Assembly: GCA_963827635.1 (NCBI GenBank)
Contig: CAWHBV010000009.1
Span: 204,573-268,572, forward strand
Length of the DNA: 64,000 nt
DNA from: an uncultured bacterium
GTDB lineage: Bacteria > Acidobacteriota > Aminicenantia > Aminicenantales > Saccharicenantaceae
Reading direction: 5' to 3'
The notes under the pieces are model-generated. The model did no database searches, was not told where the DNA came from, and worked only from the letters and a program-made list of their open reading frames with translations. A program made the position numbers and the translations under genes. Positions 1 through 9,841 of the stretch are shown here, in pieces (within the stretch, counting starts at the first letter, position 1; each line of letters starts with the position of its first letter).

Positions 1-535
1 TGTGCGCGGCCAGCCGCTCCTCGCACTCCTTGATCTTCTCCTGGGCGGCCTTGGCCTGGTCGCTGGCCGGGAAGTCGGTGATGACCTTCCGGAACTCGGC
101 CAGGGCCTGGATCGTCTTCGACGGGTCGCGCCCGATCTTCAGCTTTTTCTTGTAGAAGGTCATGGCGATCTGGTACTGGGCGTAGGCGGCCGACGGGGAA
201 TAGGGATAGGTCCGGATGAATTCCCGGTATTCGGCCGCGGCCATGATCATGTTGGTCTCGTCGCCCTTCTGGAAATAGGCGTCGGCGATGAGCAGCTTGG
301 CCCGCTGGGCGTAGAAGCTCTTGGGGAACGAGTCGATGACCTGGCGGAGGTAGAGGATGGATTTTTCCGTGTCCTTCTTCATGCCCGCCTCGCCCAGCTT
401 GTAGAGGGCCTCGTCGGAGGAGGACAGGTCGGGCGCGATCTCGACCGTTTTCTTGCGGCAGGCCGGCGCGAGGCCCAGGATCAGGAGGCAGGGCAGCAGG
501 ACGGCGAGCGTTCTTGTCCGGTGGGGGTTCTTCAT
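1..535 (-). CDS. bamD: Outer membrane protein assembly factor BamD (YfiO), lipoprotein. The C-terminus runs off the window edge.
   Basis: This minus-strand ORF is absent from the ORF track because it has no stop codon in the window. Its ATG at 535-533 overlaps the rpe stop (ATGA). The translation MKNPHRTRTLAVLLPCLLILGLAPAC... has a lipobox, followed by TPR-like BamD motifs (FYAQRAKLLIADAYFQKGD, AAEYREFIRTYPYSPSAAYAQYQIAMTFY). Confidence 0.8.
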   Translation of the reverse strand, partial: MKNPHRTRTLAVLLPCLLILGLAPACRKKTVEIAPDLSSSDEALYKLGEAGMKKDTEKSILYLRQVIDSFPKSFYAQRAKLLIADAYFQKGDETNMIMAAAEYREFIRTYPYSPSAAYAQYQIAMTFYKKKLKIGRDPSKTIQALAEFRKVITDFPASDQAKAAQEKIKECEERLAAH

Positions 536-1194
536 GGGAGTTTCCTCGCGATGTCTTTCATGGCCCGGATGACGGCCGCCGGGTCGGGGGCGTCGTAGAC
601 GGCCGAACCGGCCACGACGATCTCCATTCCGGCCCGGAGGATGTCTGCGACGTTGTCGAGCTTGATCCCGCCGTCGACCTCGATGGGGACGGTCAGGCGG
701 GCGGCCCGGATGCGGTCCCGGAGCCTGCGGATCTTGTCCCGGCAGGAGGGGATGAAGGACTGTCCGCCCCAGCCGGGGTTGACCGACATGATCAGGACGA
801 AGTCGAGCTCCGTCAGGACTTCGTCGATCGATTCGAGGGGGGTCGCCGGATTGAGGGCGACGCCGGCCTTGCGGCCGAGGCCCCGGATCATGGTCAGGTC
901 CTTGTGGAGGTGGGCCGTCGCTTCGACGTGGATGGAGATCCAGTCGGCCCCGGCCTCGTGGAAGAGCGGGACGAAGGCGCGGGGGTTCTCGACCATGAGG
1001 TGGACGTCGATGGGCAGGCGCGTCTCGCGGCGGATGGCCGCGACGAGCCGGGGCCCCAGGGTCAGGTTGGGCACGAAGTGCCCGTCCATGATGTCGACGT
1101 GGATGAGATCGGCCCCGGCGTCCTCGGCCAGCTTGACCGCCTCGCCGAGCCGGGAGAAGTCCGCGGACAGGATGGACGGGGCGATGAGGACCAT
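532..1194 (-). CDS. rpe: Ribulose-phosphate 3-epimerase
   Basis: A 220-aa intact reading frame beginning MVLIAPSILSADFSRLGE...DIMDGHFVPNLT...MSVNPGWGGQ. The ATG at 1194 overlaps the upstream gene's stop (ATGA). Confidence 0.95.
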   Translation of the reverse strand: MVLIAPSILSADFSRLGEAVKLAEDAGADLIHVDIMDGHFVPNLTLGPRLVAAIRRETRLPIDVHLMVENPRAFVPLFHEAGADWISIHVEATAHLHKDLTMIRGLGRKAGVALNPATPLESIDEVLTELDFVLIMSVNPGWGGQSFIPSCRDKIRRLRDRIRAARLTVPIEVDGGIKLDNVADILRAGMEIVVAGSAVYDAPDPAAVIRAMKDIARKLP

Positions 1195-1911
1195 CAGCGG
1201 CTGACCTCGATCGAAATGCGGCTGCGCTTCTGGACGCGGAAACCGTTCGGAGGGTCCTGCTTGACGACGAGGCCGGCCGGGGCGCCGGGATAGTAGACGT
1301 AGCGGACGTCGGCGACCTTGAAGCCCCGGCTGTCGAGACGGCCGATGACGCTGTCGGCCCGCCGGCCGATGAGGTCGGGCATGACGTAGCGTTCTTCGAG
1401 GCCGCCCTGGCTGAGAAGGAGGCCGACGGGGAAGCTCCGCTCCACGACCGAGCCCGGCTCCGGCTTCTGGGCCAGGATCCGGCCCGCGGGGACGCGGGGC
1501 GTGTGGACCTGGGTCAGCCGCCCCCGGGTCAGGCCGGCCGCCTGGAGCAGGGTCAGGGCTTCGTCGAGGCTCTTCGACGCCAGGTCGGGGACGGTGACCG
1601 TGCCGCTGCCCGAGCTGGTGAAGATCTGGATGACCGTGGCGCTGCGGACCCGCGAGCCCGGAGCCGGTTCCTGCCGGGCGATGAGCCCCTTCTCGATGCG
1701 GTCGCTCGTCTCGGTGCCCCGCTGGGCGAGGGACAGGTCCTTCTTCTGGAGCTCCTCCCGGGCCTGGACGATGCGTCTTGCCGACGAGGTCGGGGAGGGT
1801 GACCACTTCGCTCTTGAGCAGGACCTGGGAGAAGATGATGGCGCTCAGGAAGAAAAGGATGAAGAAGAGCAGCGAGAAGACGCCGGCCTTGAAGAGGAAG
1901 TTGTTCGCCAT
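1194..1911 (-). CDS. Membrane-anchored PASTA-domain protein with three PASTA repeats; frameshifted as read near 1770.
   Basis: The N-terminal TM segment MANNFLFKAGVFSLLFFILFFLSAIIF and the first PASTA start (VVTLPDLVGKT) lie in one frame. The remainder (IVQAREEL...TVTVPDLASKSLDEA...YVMPDLIGRRADSV...ISIEVSR) lies in a second frame. Length is 1 mod 3, consistent with one inserted base. Confidence 0.75.
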
Positions 1912-2035
1912 GTCCGGTGATCGCTTATCCGAATTCGGATTCCATTATTATCATATAACCCGAACTTAGTAAACGGCGGGACGGTTGCCCGCGGCCCGGG
2001 TTTTCCAATATAATGGCCGTTCCGGAGGAACGCAC

Positions 2036-3073
2036 ATGACCATCACCTATTCCGATTTTCGCAGCGATACGGTCACGAGGCCGACGGAGAAGATGCGGCG
2101 GGCCATGGCCGAGGCCGAGGTCGGCGACGACGTCCTCGGCGACGATCCGACCGTCCTCGAGCTCGAGGCGGCGGCCGCCGCGACCATGGGCAAGGAGGCG
2201 GCGCTCTTCTGCCCGTCCGGGACCATGGCCAACTCGATCGCCGTCAAGATGTGGACGAACGTCCTCGAGGAGGTCATCGTCGAGGAGCGCTCCCACATCT
2301 ACAACATGGAATCGACCCACATGACCTTCATCTCGGGGGTGACCCCGCGGCCGGTGCGGTCCGTGCGGGGCGCCATGGACCCGGCGGACGTGGCCGCCGC
2401 CGTCCGCAAGCCCAACGTCCACACGCCCCAGACGACGCTCGTCTGCCTGGAGAACACCCACAACAACTGGGGCGGGTCCGTCGTGCCCCTCGACAACTTC
2501 AAGGGCATCCGGAAAGTGGCCGACGAGAACGGGTTGAAGGTCCACCTCGACGGGGCCCGGATCTTCAACGCCAGCGTCGCCGCGGGCGTCCCGGTCCGGG
2601 AGTTCGCCGATCAGGTCGATTCGCTGCAGTTCTGCCTGTCCAAGGGCCTGTCGGCCCCCGTCGGCTCGATGCTCGCGGGGCCGCGGGAGCGCATCGAATT
2701 CGGCCGCCGGCTGAGGAAGGCCCTGGGCGGCGGCATGCGCCAGGTCGGCGTCCTGGCCGCGCCCGGTCTCATCGCCCTGACCGAGATGGTCGACCGGCTC
2801 GCGGACGACCACGCCCGGGCCAAGGCCCTGGCCCGGGGGATCAGCGGCTTCCCGGGCGTCCGGCTCGATCCGGGATCCGTCGAGACCGACATCGTCATCT
2901 TCGGCTTCGAACACCCGACGATCACGGTCCCGGACATGATCGGCCGCATGAAGGAGAAGGGCATCCTGGCCCTGGCCGTCAGCGGCGGCATCCGCATGGT
3001 CACCCACAAGGACGTCGGCGACGAGGACGTCGAGCGGGCGATCGCGGCGTTCAAAGCCATCCTGGCCGGATAA
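2036..3073 (+). CDS. ltaE: Low-specificity L-threonine aldolase (PLP-dependent)
   Basis: MTITYSDFRSDTVTRPTEKMRRAMAEAEVGDDVLGDDPTV...CLSKGLSAPVGS. A GGAGGA RBS precedes the ATG at 2036. The frame is intact. Confidence 0.9.
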   Translation: MTITYSDFRSDTVTRPTEKMRRAMAEAEVGDDVLGDDPTVLELEAAAAATMGKEAALFCPSGTMANSIAVKMWTNVLEEVIVEERSHIYNMESTHMTFISGVTPRPVRSVRGAMDPADVAAAVRKPNVHTPQTTLVCLENTHNNWGGSVVPLDNFKGIRKVADENGLKVHLDGARIFNASVAAGVPVREFADQVDSLQFCLSKGLSAPVGSMLAGPRERIEFGRRLRKALGGGMRQVGVLAAPGLIALTEMVDRLADDHARAKALARGISGFPGVRLDPGSVETDIVIFGFEHPTITVPDMIGRMKEKGILALAVSGGIRMVTHKDVGDEDVERAIAAFKAILAG

Positions 3074-3151
3074 ACCCGGGCCGAGGCCCGCCAGGGGCTC
3101 GTCACCGCCTATGAGAAGCTGGAGAAGGCCAAGACCGGCGTGAAGTGACCT

Positions 3152-5171
3152 CTACAGCCTCTCGGCGACGATCTGGGCGATGTCCTTGACCGGATGTCGC
3201 CGCGGCCCTTGTCCTTGAGGCCGTCGCGGAGCATCGTCAGGCAGAAGGGACAGGCCGCGGCCACCAGCGGCGCGCCCGACGCGATGATCTCGTCGGTCCG
3301 CAGGTGGTTGATCCGCGTGCCGAGCGACTCCTCCGTCCACATCAGCCCGCCGCCCGCGCCGCAGCAGAAGCTGTCGTCGCCGTGCCGGTCGAGCTCGTTC
3401 GGACCGCCGACCGAGGACCGCAAGCAGGACCGTCCGCGGCTCTTCGGTCAAGCCGTTGTGCCGGCCGAGATAGCAGGGATCGTGGAATGTGTAGCGTCTG
3501 CCGGTTCCGGCCGTCTGCAGACGTCGATCCGGCGTCGCCCCGCTGAGGCTCGTCGATGAGCTCGACGTGGGAGACGACCTCGATCGCCTCGAGACGCGCC
3601 TTGTCCTCGTCCGTCAAACCGGGAATAAGGCCCAGGAGCTTCGGATATTCGTGCTTGAGGGTGTTGTAGCCGTGCGGGCAGATCGTGACGATCTTCCGGA
3701 CGCCGTATTTCGCGAACAGGGCGATATTCTCCTGGGCCAGGCTCTGGTAGAGGTATTCGTTGCCCGAGGCGGCGGGCCGAATCGCCGCAGCACTTCTCCT
3801 CGGCCCGAGCGTCCCGAACGCGACGCCGGCGGCGCGCAGGATCTTGACCATCGCCGCGGCGATCCCCTTGCCCGCGTCGTCGTAGGCGCCCATGCAGCCG
3901 ACCCAGAGAAGATATTCGGCGCCGGGGACGTCCTTGAAGTGCGCGACGTCGAGCGCCTCGCCCCAGTCGGCCCGCTTGGAGAAACCGATGCCCCACGGAT
4001 TGGAGTTCGTCTCCAGGTTGCGGAAGAAGGCGTTGAGCTCGGCGGGGAACTTGCTCTGCATCAGGACCTGGCTCCGCCGGGCCCCGACGATCTTGCGGAT
4101 GTGCTCGATCTCGACCGGGCAGACCTTCTGACAGGCGCCGCAGGTCGTGCAGGTCCAGATCTCGCCCTCGCTGAACGTCCCGGGCACGAGCTCCGGGAGG
4201 TCGTCGCGCTTCTTCCCGGCCAGCGCCTTATCGCCGGCGAGCAGGGCCTTCTCCATGTTGACCAGGATCATTTTCGGGGAGAGGGGCTTGTCCGAGGCGA
4301 AGGCCGGGCAGGCGTCCTGGCAGCGGCCGCATTCCATGCAGGCGAAGGCGTCGAGGTTGTCCTTCCAGGTGAAGTCCGGGAGCTTCTCGACGCCGAAGAC
4401 CTCGGACTTTTCGAGGTCGAGGGCCGGGAGCTCGCCGCTCGGCGCGGACCGCCGGAAGAACACGTTGACCGGTCCGGCGAACATGTGGAGGTACTTGGAG
4501 TGGGGGACGTAGGCGATGAAGCCGTAGACGGCGACGACGTGGGCCCACCAGGCGATCTTGAAGTGGGCGGCCACGGCCGCCGCGCTCATCCCCGACCCGG
4601 TGACCAGGCCGGCGAGCCAGGGGCCGAGGAACGACCAGCGGGCCGTCCCGGGATGGTGGGCGATGGAGAAGGCCTCGAAATAGAGATAGGTCGCCGTGGC
4701 CAGCGTGATCAGCAGGTAGATGAGGGCCGAATCGCCCGGCGTCGTGGCGTAGGCCTTGGGCCGGACGACGAAGCGGCGGAAGGCGAGGAAGACGACGCCG
4801 GCCATGACCGCGATCGCGGCGGCGTCGACCATGAAGGAGAAGACGAGGCCGAGACCGGACTTCCCGAAAAGATAGAATCCGTCGATGAAGCCTTCGAGCG
4901 TGTGACTGACCGTCATCGTGTCGAAGGTCAGGGCCCCGTAGAAGATGCCGACGTGCATCAGGCCGGTGAAGACGCGCTCGCGGCGCAGGGTGCAGCGCTG
5001 GAAGAGGACCTTGCCGACGGCGTGGAGGAACCGCTTGCCCAGGTCGCCGAACCGGTCCTCGGGCGCCCCCGCCAGGACGATCCGGACGCGGCGGACGATG
5101 GGGACGAGGAACGCCGCCGCGGTCGCGACGATCAGCGCGGCGAACACCAGCTTTTCGGGCGTCGTCAGCAT
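3152..5171 (-). CDS. Membrane-bound Fe-S oxidoreductase: an N-terminal multi-TM NarI/DsrM-like domain fused to an HdrD/DsrK-like domain (2x[4Fe-4S] plus CCG). There are at least 4 frame disruptions as read.
   Basis: The N-terminus has about 6 hydrophobic helices. The ferredoxin motifs are [12 protein letters not shown] and [12 protein letters not shown]. The CCG motifs ([13 protein letters not shown] and FCCGAGGG) and the C-terminal end ([12 protein letters not shown]) are found only in alternate frames (ORFs 3448..3996, 3109..3423, 3152..3451). Confidence 0.8.
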
Positions 5172-5213
5172 CGGCAGGTCTCCTTCTCGGCTTCGCGGCC
5201 CCTTTTTACCGAT

Positions 5214-5243
5214 TTGTCACGAACCTGTCAAATGTGCTATTTA
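5214..5243 (+). promoter_or_regulatory. Putative sigma70-type promoter for cstA: TTGTCA, 18 nt, TGcTATTTA (extended -10). It also carries TGTCA direct repeats 11 bp apart.
   Basis: Read directly: TTGTCAcgaaccTGTCAaatgTGcTATTTA, lying 45 nt upstream of the cstA ATG in the divergent intergenic region. Confidence 0.35.
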
Positions 5244-5287
5244 ATTTCGTTCGGCCGGGGCCGGCGCCCCGCAGAGGAGAGAGATCC

Positions 5288-7027
5288 ATGAACGTCCTGG
5301 TCGTCCTGATCGCCGCCGCGGCCGTCTTCGTCCTGGCCGGCCGGTTCTATTCCCGATACATCGCCCGGAGCCTCGGCGAGGATCCCGGCCACGCGACCCC
5401 CGCCGTGACCTGCTGCGACGGCCGCGACTACGTCCCGACGAAGACGTACGTCGTCTTCGCCCACCACTTCTCGGCCATCGCCGGGGCGGGGCCCATCCTC
5501 GGGCCGACCATGGCCATCCTCTACGGCTTCGTCCCGGCCTGGCTGTGGGTCGTGTTCGGCGGCGTCTTCATCGGCGCCGTCCACGACTACACGACGCTCT
5601 TCGTCAGCATGCGCGAGGGCGGCAAGTCCATGGCCGAGGTCGCCCGCAAGACCCTGGGCAACTCCGGCTTCAGGCTGTTCATCGCCTTCACCATCGTCAT
5701 GATCGTCCTCGTGACCTCGTCCTTCCTGAGCGCGACCTCGATCTCGCTGACCTCGCTCTGGCCCCTGGCCAAGATCGGGGTCCGGGAGGGGGAGACCTTC
5801 CTCAAGACGGTCGTCCGGGACGGCGTGGTCATGGGCCGCATCGGCGGCATCGCCTCGACCTCGGTCATCTTCATCACGCTCTGCTCGCCCTTCCTCGGGT
5901 TCCTCCTCTACAAGAAGAACCTGAAGACCGCCGCCGCTTACCTCCTGGCCGCCGCGATCTGCGTCGGCTCCGTCTTCTTGGGCATCGCCTTCCCCGTGAC
6001 CCTGGCCCCGACGACCTGGATGATCGTCATCTCGGTCTACGTCCTCATCGCCGCGGGCGTGCCCGTCTGGCTCATCCTCCAGCCGCGCGACTTCATCAAC
6101 GTCCAGATCCTCTACGCCGGCATCGGCCTGATGATCGTTTCGCTCTTCAGCTGCGGCTTTCAGGGCATGACGGTGACCATGCCCAAATTCAACCTGGCCG
6201 AAGGGACCCTGAATCTCGGCTTCATCTGGCCGATGATGTTCATCACCATCGCCTGCGGCGCGATCTCGGGGTTCCACTGCCTCGTCGCCGGCGGCACGAC
6301 GGGCAAGCAGCTGGCCAAGGAGACCGCCGCCCGGCACGTCGGCTACAACGCCATGCTCCTCGAATCGCTCCTGTCGGTCTGCGTCCTCCTGGCCCTGGGC
6401 GCGGTCATGGCCTTCTCCGACTACAAGGCCATCGTCTGGCCGGCCGACCCGGCCGTGAAATCCAACCCCATCCTCGGCTTCTCGCTGGCCGCCGGCCGGC
6501 TCTTCCATGAAGGCCTGGGCATCCCGGTCGCGCTGGGCACCGTCTTCGGCATCCTGCTCGTGGAAGGCTTCGTCATCACCACGCTCGACGCGGCCGTTCG
6601 GCTCAACCGCTACCTCTTCGAGGAGCTGTGGACGATCCTCTTCAAGAAGGTGCCCCGCCTCCTCAAGCATTACTGGTTCAACTCGGGCGTGGCGGTCGCG
6701 CTGATGTGGGTCCTGGCTTTTTCCAACGCGTTCAACGCCCTCTGGCCGATCTTCGGCACGGCCAACCAGCTGCTCGCGGCGATGGCCCTGCTGACGGTCT
6801 CGGCCTGGCTGCTGCTGCGCAAGCGGCGGAACTGGTTCACGCTCGTCCCGGCGGTGTTCATGGTCGCGACGACCCTCGTCTCGCTGGGCATCCTGCTCTC
6901 GGGCTATATCCGGAAGGGGAACTACATCCTCATCGCGGCCGACCTGCTTCTCTTCGCGCTTTCGGCGGGCGTCGTCGCCCTGTCCGTGAAGACGTTCGTG
7001 AGACGGCGGGGAGCGCTCCCGTCATGA
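5288..7027 (+). CDS. cstA: Carbon starvation protein A (peptide/pyruvate transporter family)
   Basis: A 579-aa intact polytopic membrane protein: MNVLVVLIAAAAVFVLAGRFYSRYIA...FAHHFSAIAGAGPILGP...FGTANQLLA. A GAGGAGAG RBS precedes the ATG. Confidence 0.93.
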   Translation: MNVLVVLIAAAAVFVLAGRFYSRYIARSLGEDPGHATPAVTCCDGRDYVPTKTYVVFAHHFSAIAGAGPILGPTMAILYGFVPAWLWVVFGGVFIGAVHDYTTLFVSMREGGKSMAEVARKTLGNSGFRLFIAFTIVMIVLVTSSFLSATSISLTSLWPLAKIGVREGETFLKTVVRDGVVMGRIGGIASTSVIFITLCSPFLGFLLYKKNLKTAAAYLLAAAICVGSVFLGIAFPVTLAPTTWMIVISVYVLIAAGVPVWLILQPRDFINVQILYAGIGLMIVSLFSCGFQGMTVTMPKFNLAEGTLNLGFIWPMMFITIACGAISGFHCLVAGGTTGKQLAKETAARHVGYNAMLLESLLSVCVLLALGAVMAFSDYKAIVWPADPAVKSNPILGFSLAAGRLFHEGLGIPVALGTVFGILLVEGFVITTLDAAVRLNRYLFEELWTILFKKVPRLLKHYWFNSGVAVALMWVLAFSNAFNALWPIFGTANQLLAAMALLTVSAWLLLRKRRNWFTLVPAVFMVATTLVSLGILLSGYIRKGNYILIAADLLLFALSAGVVALSVKTFVRRRGALPS

Positions 7028-7085
7028 CCGCGCCGGCGGAGCCTGCGCGCAGGCCTGAATAACGACCGGATCGAAAGGAACGGAC

Positions 7086-8487
7086 ATGGCCGAAAAAAGA
7101 GACATCGTCATCATCGGGGGCGGTCCCGGCGGCTATCTCGCCGCGATGCGGGCGGCCCAGCTCAAGAAGACGGTCACGCTCGTCGACAGGGACCGCGTCG
7201 GCGGCACCTGCATCAATTACGGCTGCATCCCGACGAAATACCTCCTGCACCAGACGAAGGTGCTCAAGGAGCTGGCCGGGGCGAAGAACCTCGAGGGACC
7301 GGCCGGAGACGTGAAGCTGAACTGGGCCAAGGTCCAGCAGGGGCGGCAGGCGGTCGTCGACCAGCTGGTCAAAGGGCTCGTCTTCCTGCTCGAGAAGGGC
7401 AGGGTCGAGATCGTCAAGGCGCCGGCCCGTCTGCGGGCGGACAGGTCCGTCGTCGTGCGGACCGCGGACGGGGAGAGGGTCTACGAAGCGGACAACGTCG
7501 TCGTGGCCACGGGAAGCGTCGCGGCCGGTCTGCCGTTCCTGAAAGCCGACGGGAAGACCGTCATCACGAGCACGGAAGCGCTCGCGCTCTCCGAGGTCCC
7601 GAAGAGCCTGCTCGTCGTCGGCGCCGGGGCCATCGGGCTCGAAATGGGCTCGATCTACAGGCGCCTCGGCACGGACGTGACGGTCCTCGAGATCCTGCCC
7701 CAGATCCTGCCCGGCTCCGACAAGGAAGCGGTGACGCGGCTCGAGCGGGCGCTCAAGAAGCAGGGCCTGAAGATCTTCACGGAGATGAGGATCGAGGCGG
7801 CCGTCGTCGAGGACGGGTCCGTGACGCTCAAGGGGCTATCCCTCAAGACCAACGCGCCGTTCGAATACAAGGCCGAGAAGGTCCTTCTCTCGGCCGGCCG
7901 GAAGCCCGAAACGGCCGACCTCTTCGACGGCGAGCCGTTCCTGGCCATGGACCGGGGCTTCATCAAGGTCGATGCGGCGCTCCGGACGAACGTGCCGGGC
8001 ATCTACGCCATCGGCGACGTCATCGGCGGCAAGCTCCTGGCCCACAAGGCCTATCACGACGCCATCGTCGCCGTCGAGAACGCCTGCGGGATGAGCCGGA
8101 CCGTCGATTACGCGCGCGCTCCCCGCGGCCGTCTTCACCGAGCCCGAGTTCGCCTCGGTCGGACTGACGCAGGAAGAAGCCGCGGCCAAAGGACTCAAGG
8201 TCAAGGCCGGCGTCTTCCCTCTCCAGGCGAGCGGCCGGGCCATGACCATGGAAGCGACCGACGGCCTGGTCAAGGTGCTGGCCGACGAGAGCGACAAGGT
8301 CGTCGGCGCCCACATCGTCGCCCCCGGCGCTTCGGACATGATCCCGGTGCTGACCATGGCCGTGGCCAAAGGCCTGACGCTCGACGAGCTCGACGGCATC
8401 ATCTATATCCACCCGACGCTGTCCGAGACGATCGGGGAGGCGGCCCTCAAGGCCGAGAACAGGGCGCTGCACATCCTGAACACCTGA
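7086..8487 (+). CDS. lpdA: Dihydrolipoyl dehydrogenase (E3); frameshifted as read near 8112.
   Basis: MAEKRDIVIIGGGPGGYLAAMRAAQL...GGTCINYGCIPTK is in the first frame. The C-terminal dimerisation part (PAAVFTEPEFASVGLTQEEA...HPTLSETIGEAALKA) is in a second frame (ORF 8242..8487). Length is 1 mod 3. Confidence 0.9.
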
Positions 8488-8505
8488 AGAACGGGAACAC
8501 GTGCG

Positions 8506-8534
8506 TTGAAAATTCCCGGGCGATTCTATACAAT
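8506..8534 (+). promoter_or_regulatory. Putative promoter of the nuo operon (TTGAAA, 17 nt, TACAAT)
   Basis: Read directly in the 68-nt lpdA-nuoA spacer. The -10 element ends 21 nt before the nuoA ATG. Confidence 0.45.
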
Positions 8535-8555
8535 CGGGACGTTTTCCGGGGAAAC

Positions 8556-8900
8556 ATGCAGGAACTCGCCATCGCCTTCGCCGTCTTCGGGATCATGTCG
8601 GCCGTCATGATCCTCGTGAATTACCTCCTCGGGCCCCGGCGGCCCAACCCGGCCCGCGAGAAGCCGTTCGAGTGCGGCAGCCCGCCGCTCCAGGCTTCGA
8701 TCGGCCCGGTCAACCTCCCGTTCTTCCTCGTCGCGCTGCTCTTCCTCCTCCTCGACGTCGAGGTCGTCTTCTTCTATCCGCTGGCGGTCGCCTTCCGGGG
8801 CCGGGGTCTCGCCGGGTTCGCCGCCCTCGGCGTCTTCGTCCTCGTCCTCGCCCTGGGCTTCGTCTACGCCTGGAAGAAAGGGATCTTCCGCTGGTCATGA
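8556..8900 (+). CDS. nuoA: NADH-quinone oxidoreductase subunit A
   Basis: [41 protein letters not shown]...[15 protein letters not shown]. It sits inside the artefactual 7086..8900 ORF. Confidence 0.9.
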   Translation: MQELAIAFAVFGIMSAVMILVNYLLGPRRPNPAREKPFECGSPPLQASIGPVNLPFFLVALLFLLLDVEVVFFYPLAVAFRGRGLAGFAALGVFVLVLALGFVYAWKKGIFRWS

Positions 8901-9373
8901 GCGGCTTCGATTACCTCACGACGCGCCTCGAGACGGCCATCGGCTGGGGCCGGAAGTTCTCGCTCTTCCAGTACCCGTTCATCACCGCCTGCTGCGGCAT
9001 GGAGTACATGTCGGCGGCCTGCGCCCACTTCGACATGGACCGTTTCGGGGCCGGCCTGACCCGGTTCTCGCCGCGGCAGGCCGACCTGCTCCTCGTCGTC
9101 GGCACCGTCACCCACAAGCTCGCGCCCGTCCTGCGGACGGTCTACGACCAGATGATCGAGCCCAAGTGGGTCATCGCCTTCGGCGCCTGCGCCGTGAGCG
9201 GGGGCATCTATCAGAATTACGCGGTCGTCCAGGGCATCGACCGGATCGTCCCCGTCGACGTCTACATCCCCGGCTGCCCGCCGCGGCCGGAAACGGTCCT
9301 CGACGGCCTGATGAAGCTCCAGGACAAGATCCAGGAACAACCGCAGGATTGGCGATGGGGAAAGAAACCCTGA
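8897..9373 (+). CDS. nuoB: NADH-quinone oxidoreductase subunit B
   Basis: ACCGMEYM...GACAVSGG...IPGCPPRPE cluster N2 motifs. ATGA overlap with nuoA. Confidence 0.95.
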   Translation: MSGFDYLTTRLETAIGWGRKFSLFQYPFITACCGMEYMSAACAHFDMDRFGAGLTRFSPRQADLLLVVGTVTHKLAPVLRTVYDQMIEPKWVIAFGACAVSGGIYQNYAVVQGIDRIVPVDVYIPGCPPRPETVLDGLMKLQDKIQEQPQDWRWGKKP

Positions 9374-9840
9374 TCGGGGAGATCCGGACGGCGCTCGGCG
9401 ACGCGGTCGAGTCCGTCTCGGATTCCCACGGCGATCCGGTGATCGCGATCAAGGCGGATTCCGTCCGCCCCGTCCTGGCCGCGCTCCGCGAGGCGCCCTT
9501 CGACTACGCCGTCCTCCTCGATCTGACCTGCGTCGATTTCGCGGCGGGGGAGGGGCGGTTCGAGCTCGTCTATCATCTCTATTCGCTCTCGCGGAACGTC
9601 CGCCTGCGGATCAAAGCATCGGTCCCGGCCGCCGACCCGGCCGTCGCGAGCCTGGTCGGACTCTGGAAGAACGCCGACTGGCTCGAGCGCGAGGTCTTCG
9701 ACATGTTCGGCGTCCGCTTCGACGGCCATCCGTATCTCCGCCGGCTCCTGACCTACGAGGGCTTCGAGGGCCACCCCCTGCGCAAGTCCTATCCCTGGCG
9801 CCTGGCCCAGCCGCGCATCCCCCTGAAGGACGACGTGTAG
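9355..9840 (+). CDS. nuoC: NADH-quinone oxidoreductase subunit C
   Basis: DLTCVDF...ELVYHLYS...[21 protein letters not shown]. Confidence 0.92.
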   Translation: MGKETLIGEIRTALGDAVESVSDSHGDPVIAIKADSVRPVLAALREAPFDYAVLLDLTCVDFAAGEGRFELVYHLYSLSRNVRLRIKASVPAADPAVASLVGLWKNADWLEREVFDMFGVRFDGHPYLRRLLTYEGFEGHPLRKSYPWRLAQPRIPLKDDV

Positions 9841-9841
9841 C

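Noticed and set aside
3074-3147. A short reading frame ending ...[16 protein letters not shown], directly after ltaE.
   Set aside because: It has only about 23 codons, no start codon and no RBS. It is probably a gene remnant or chance, and cannot be supported as a feature.
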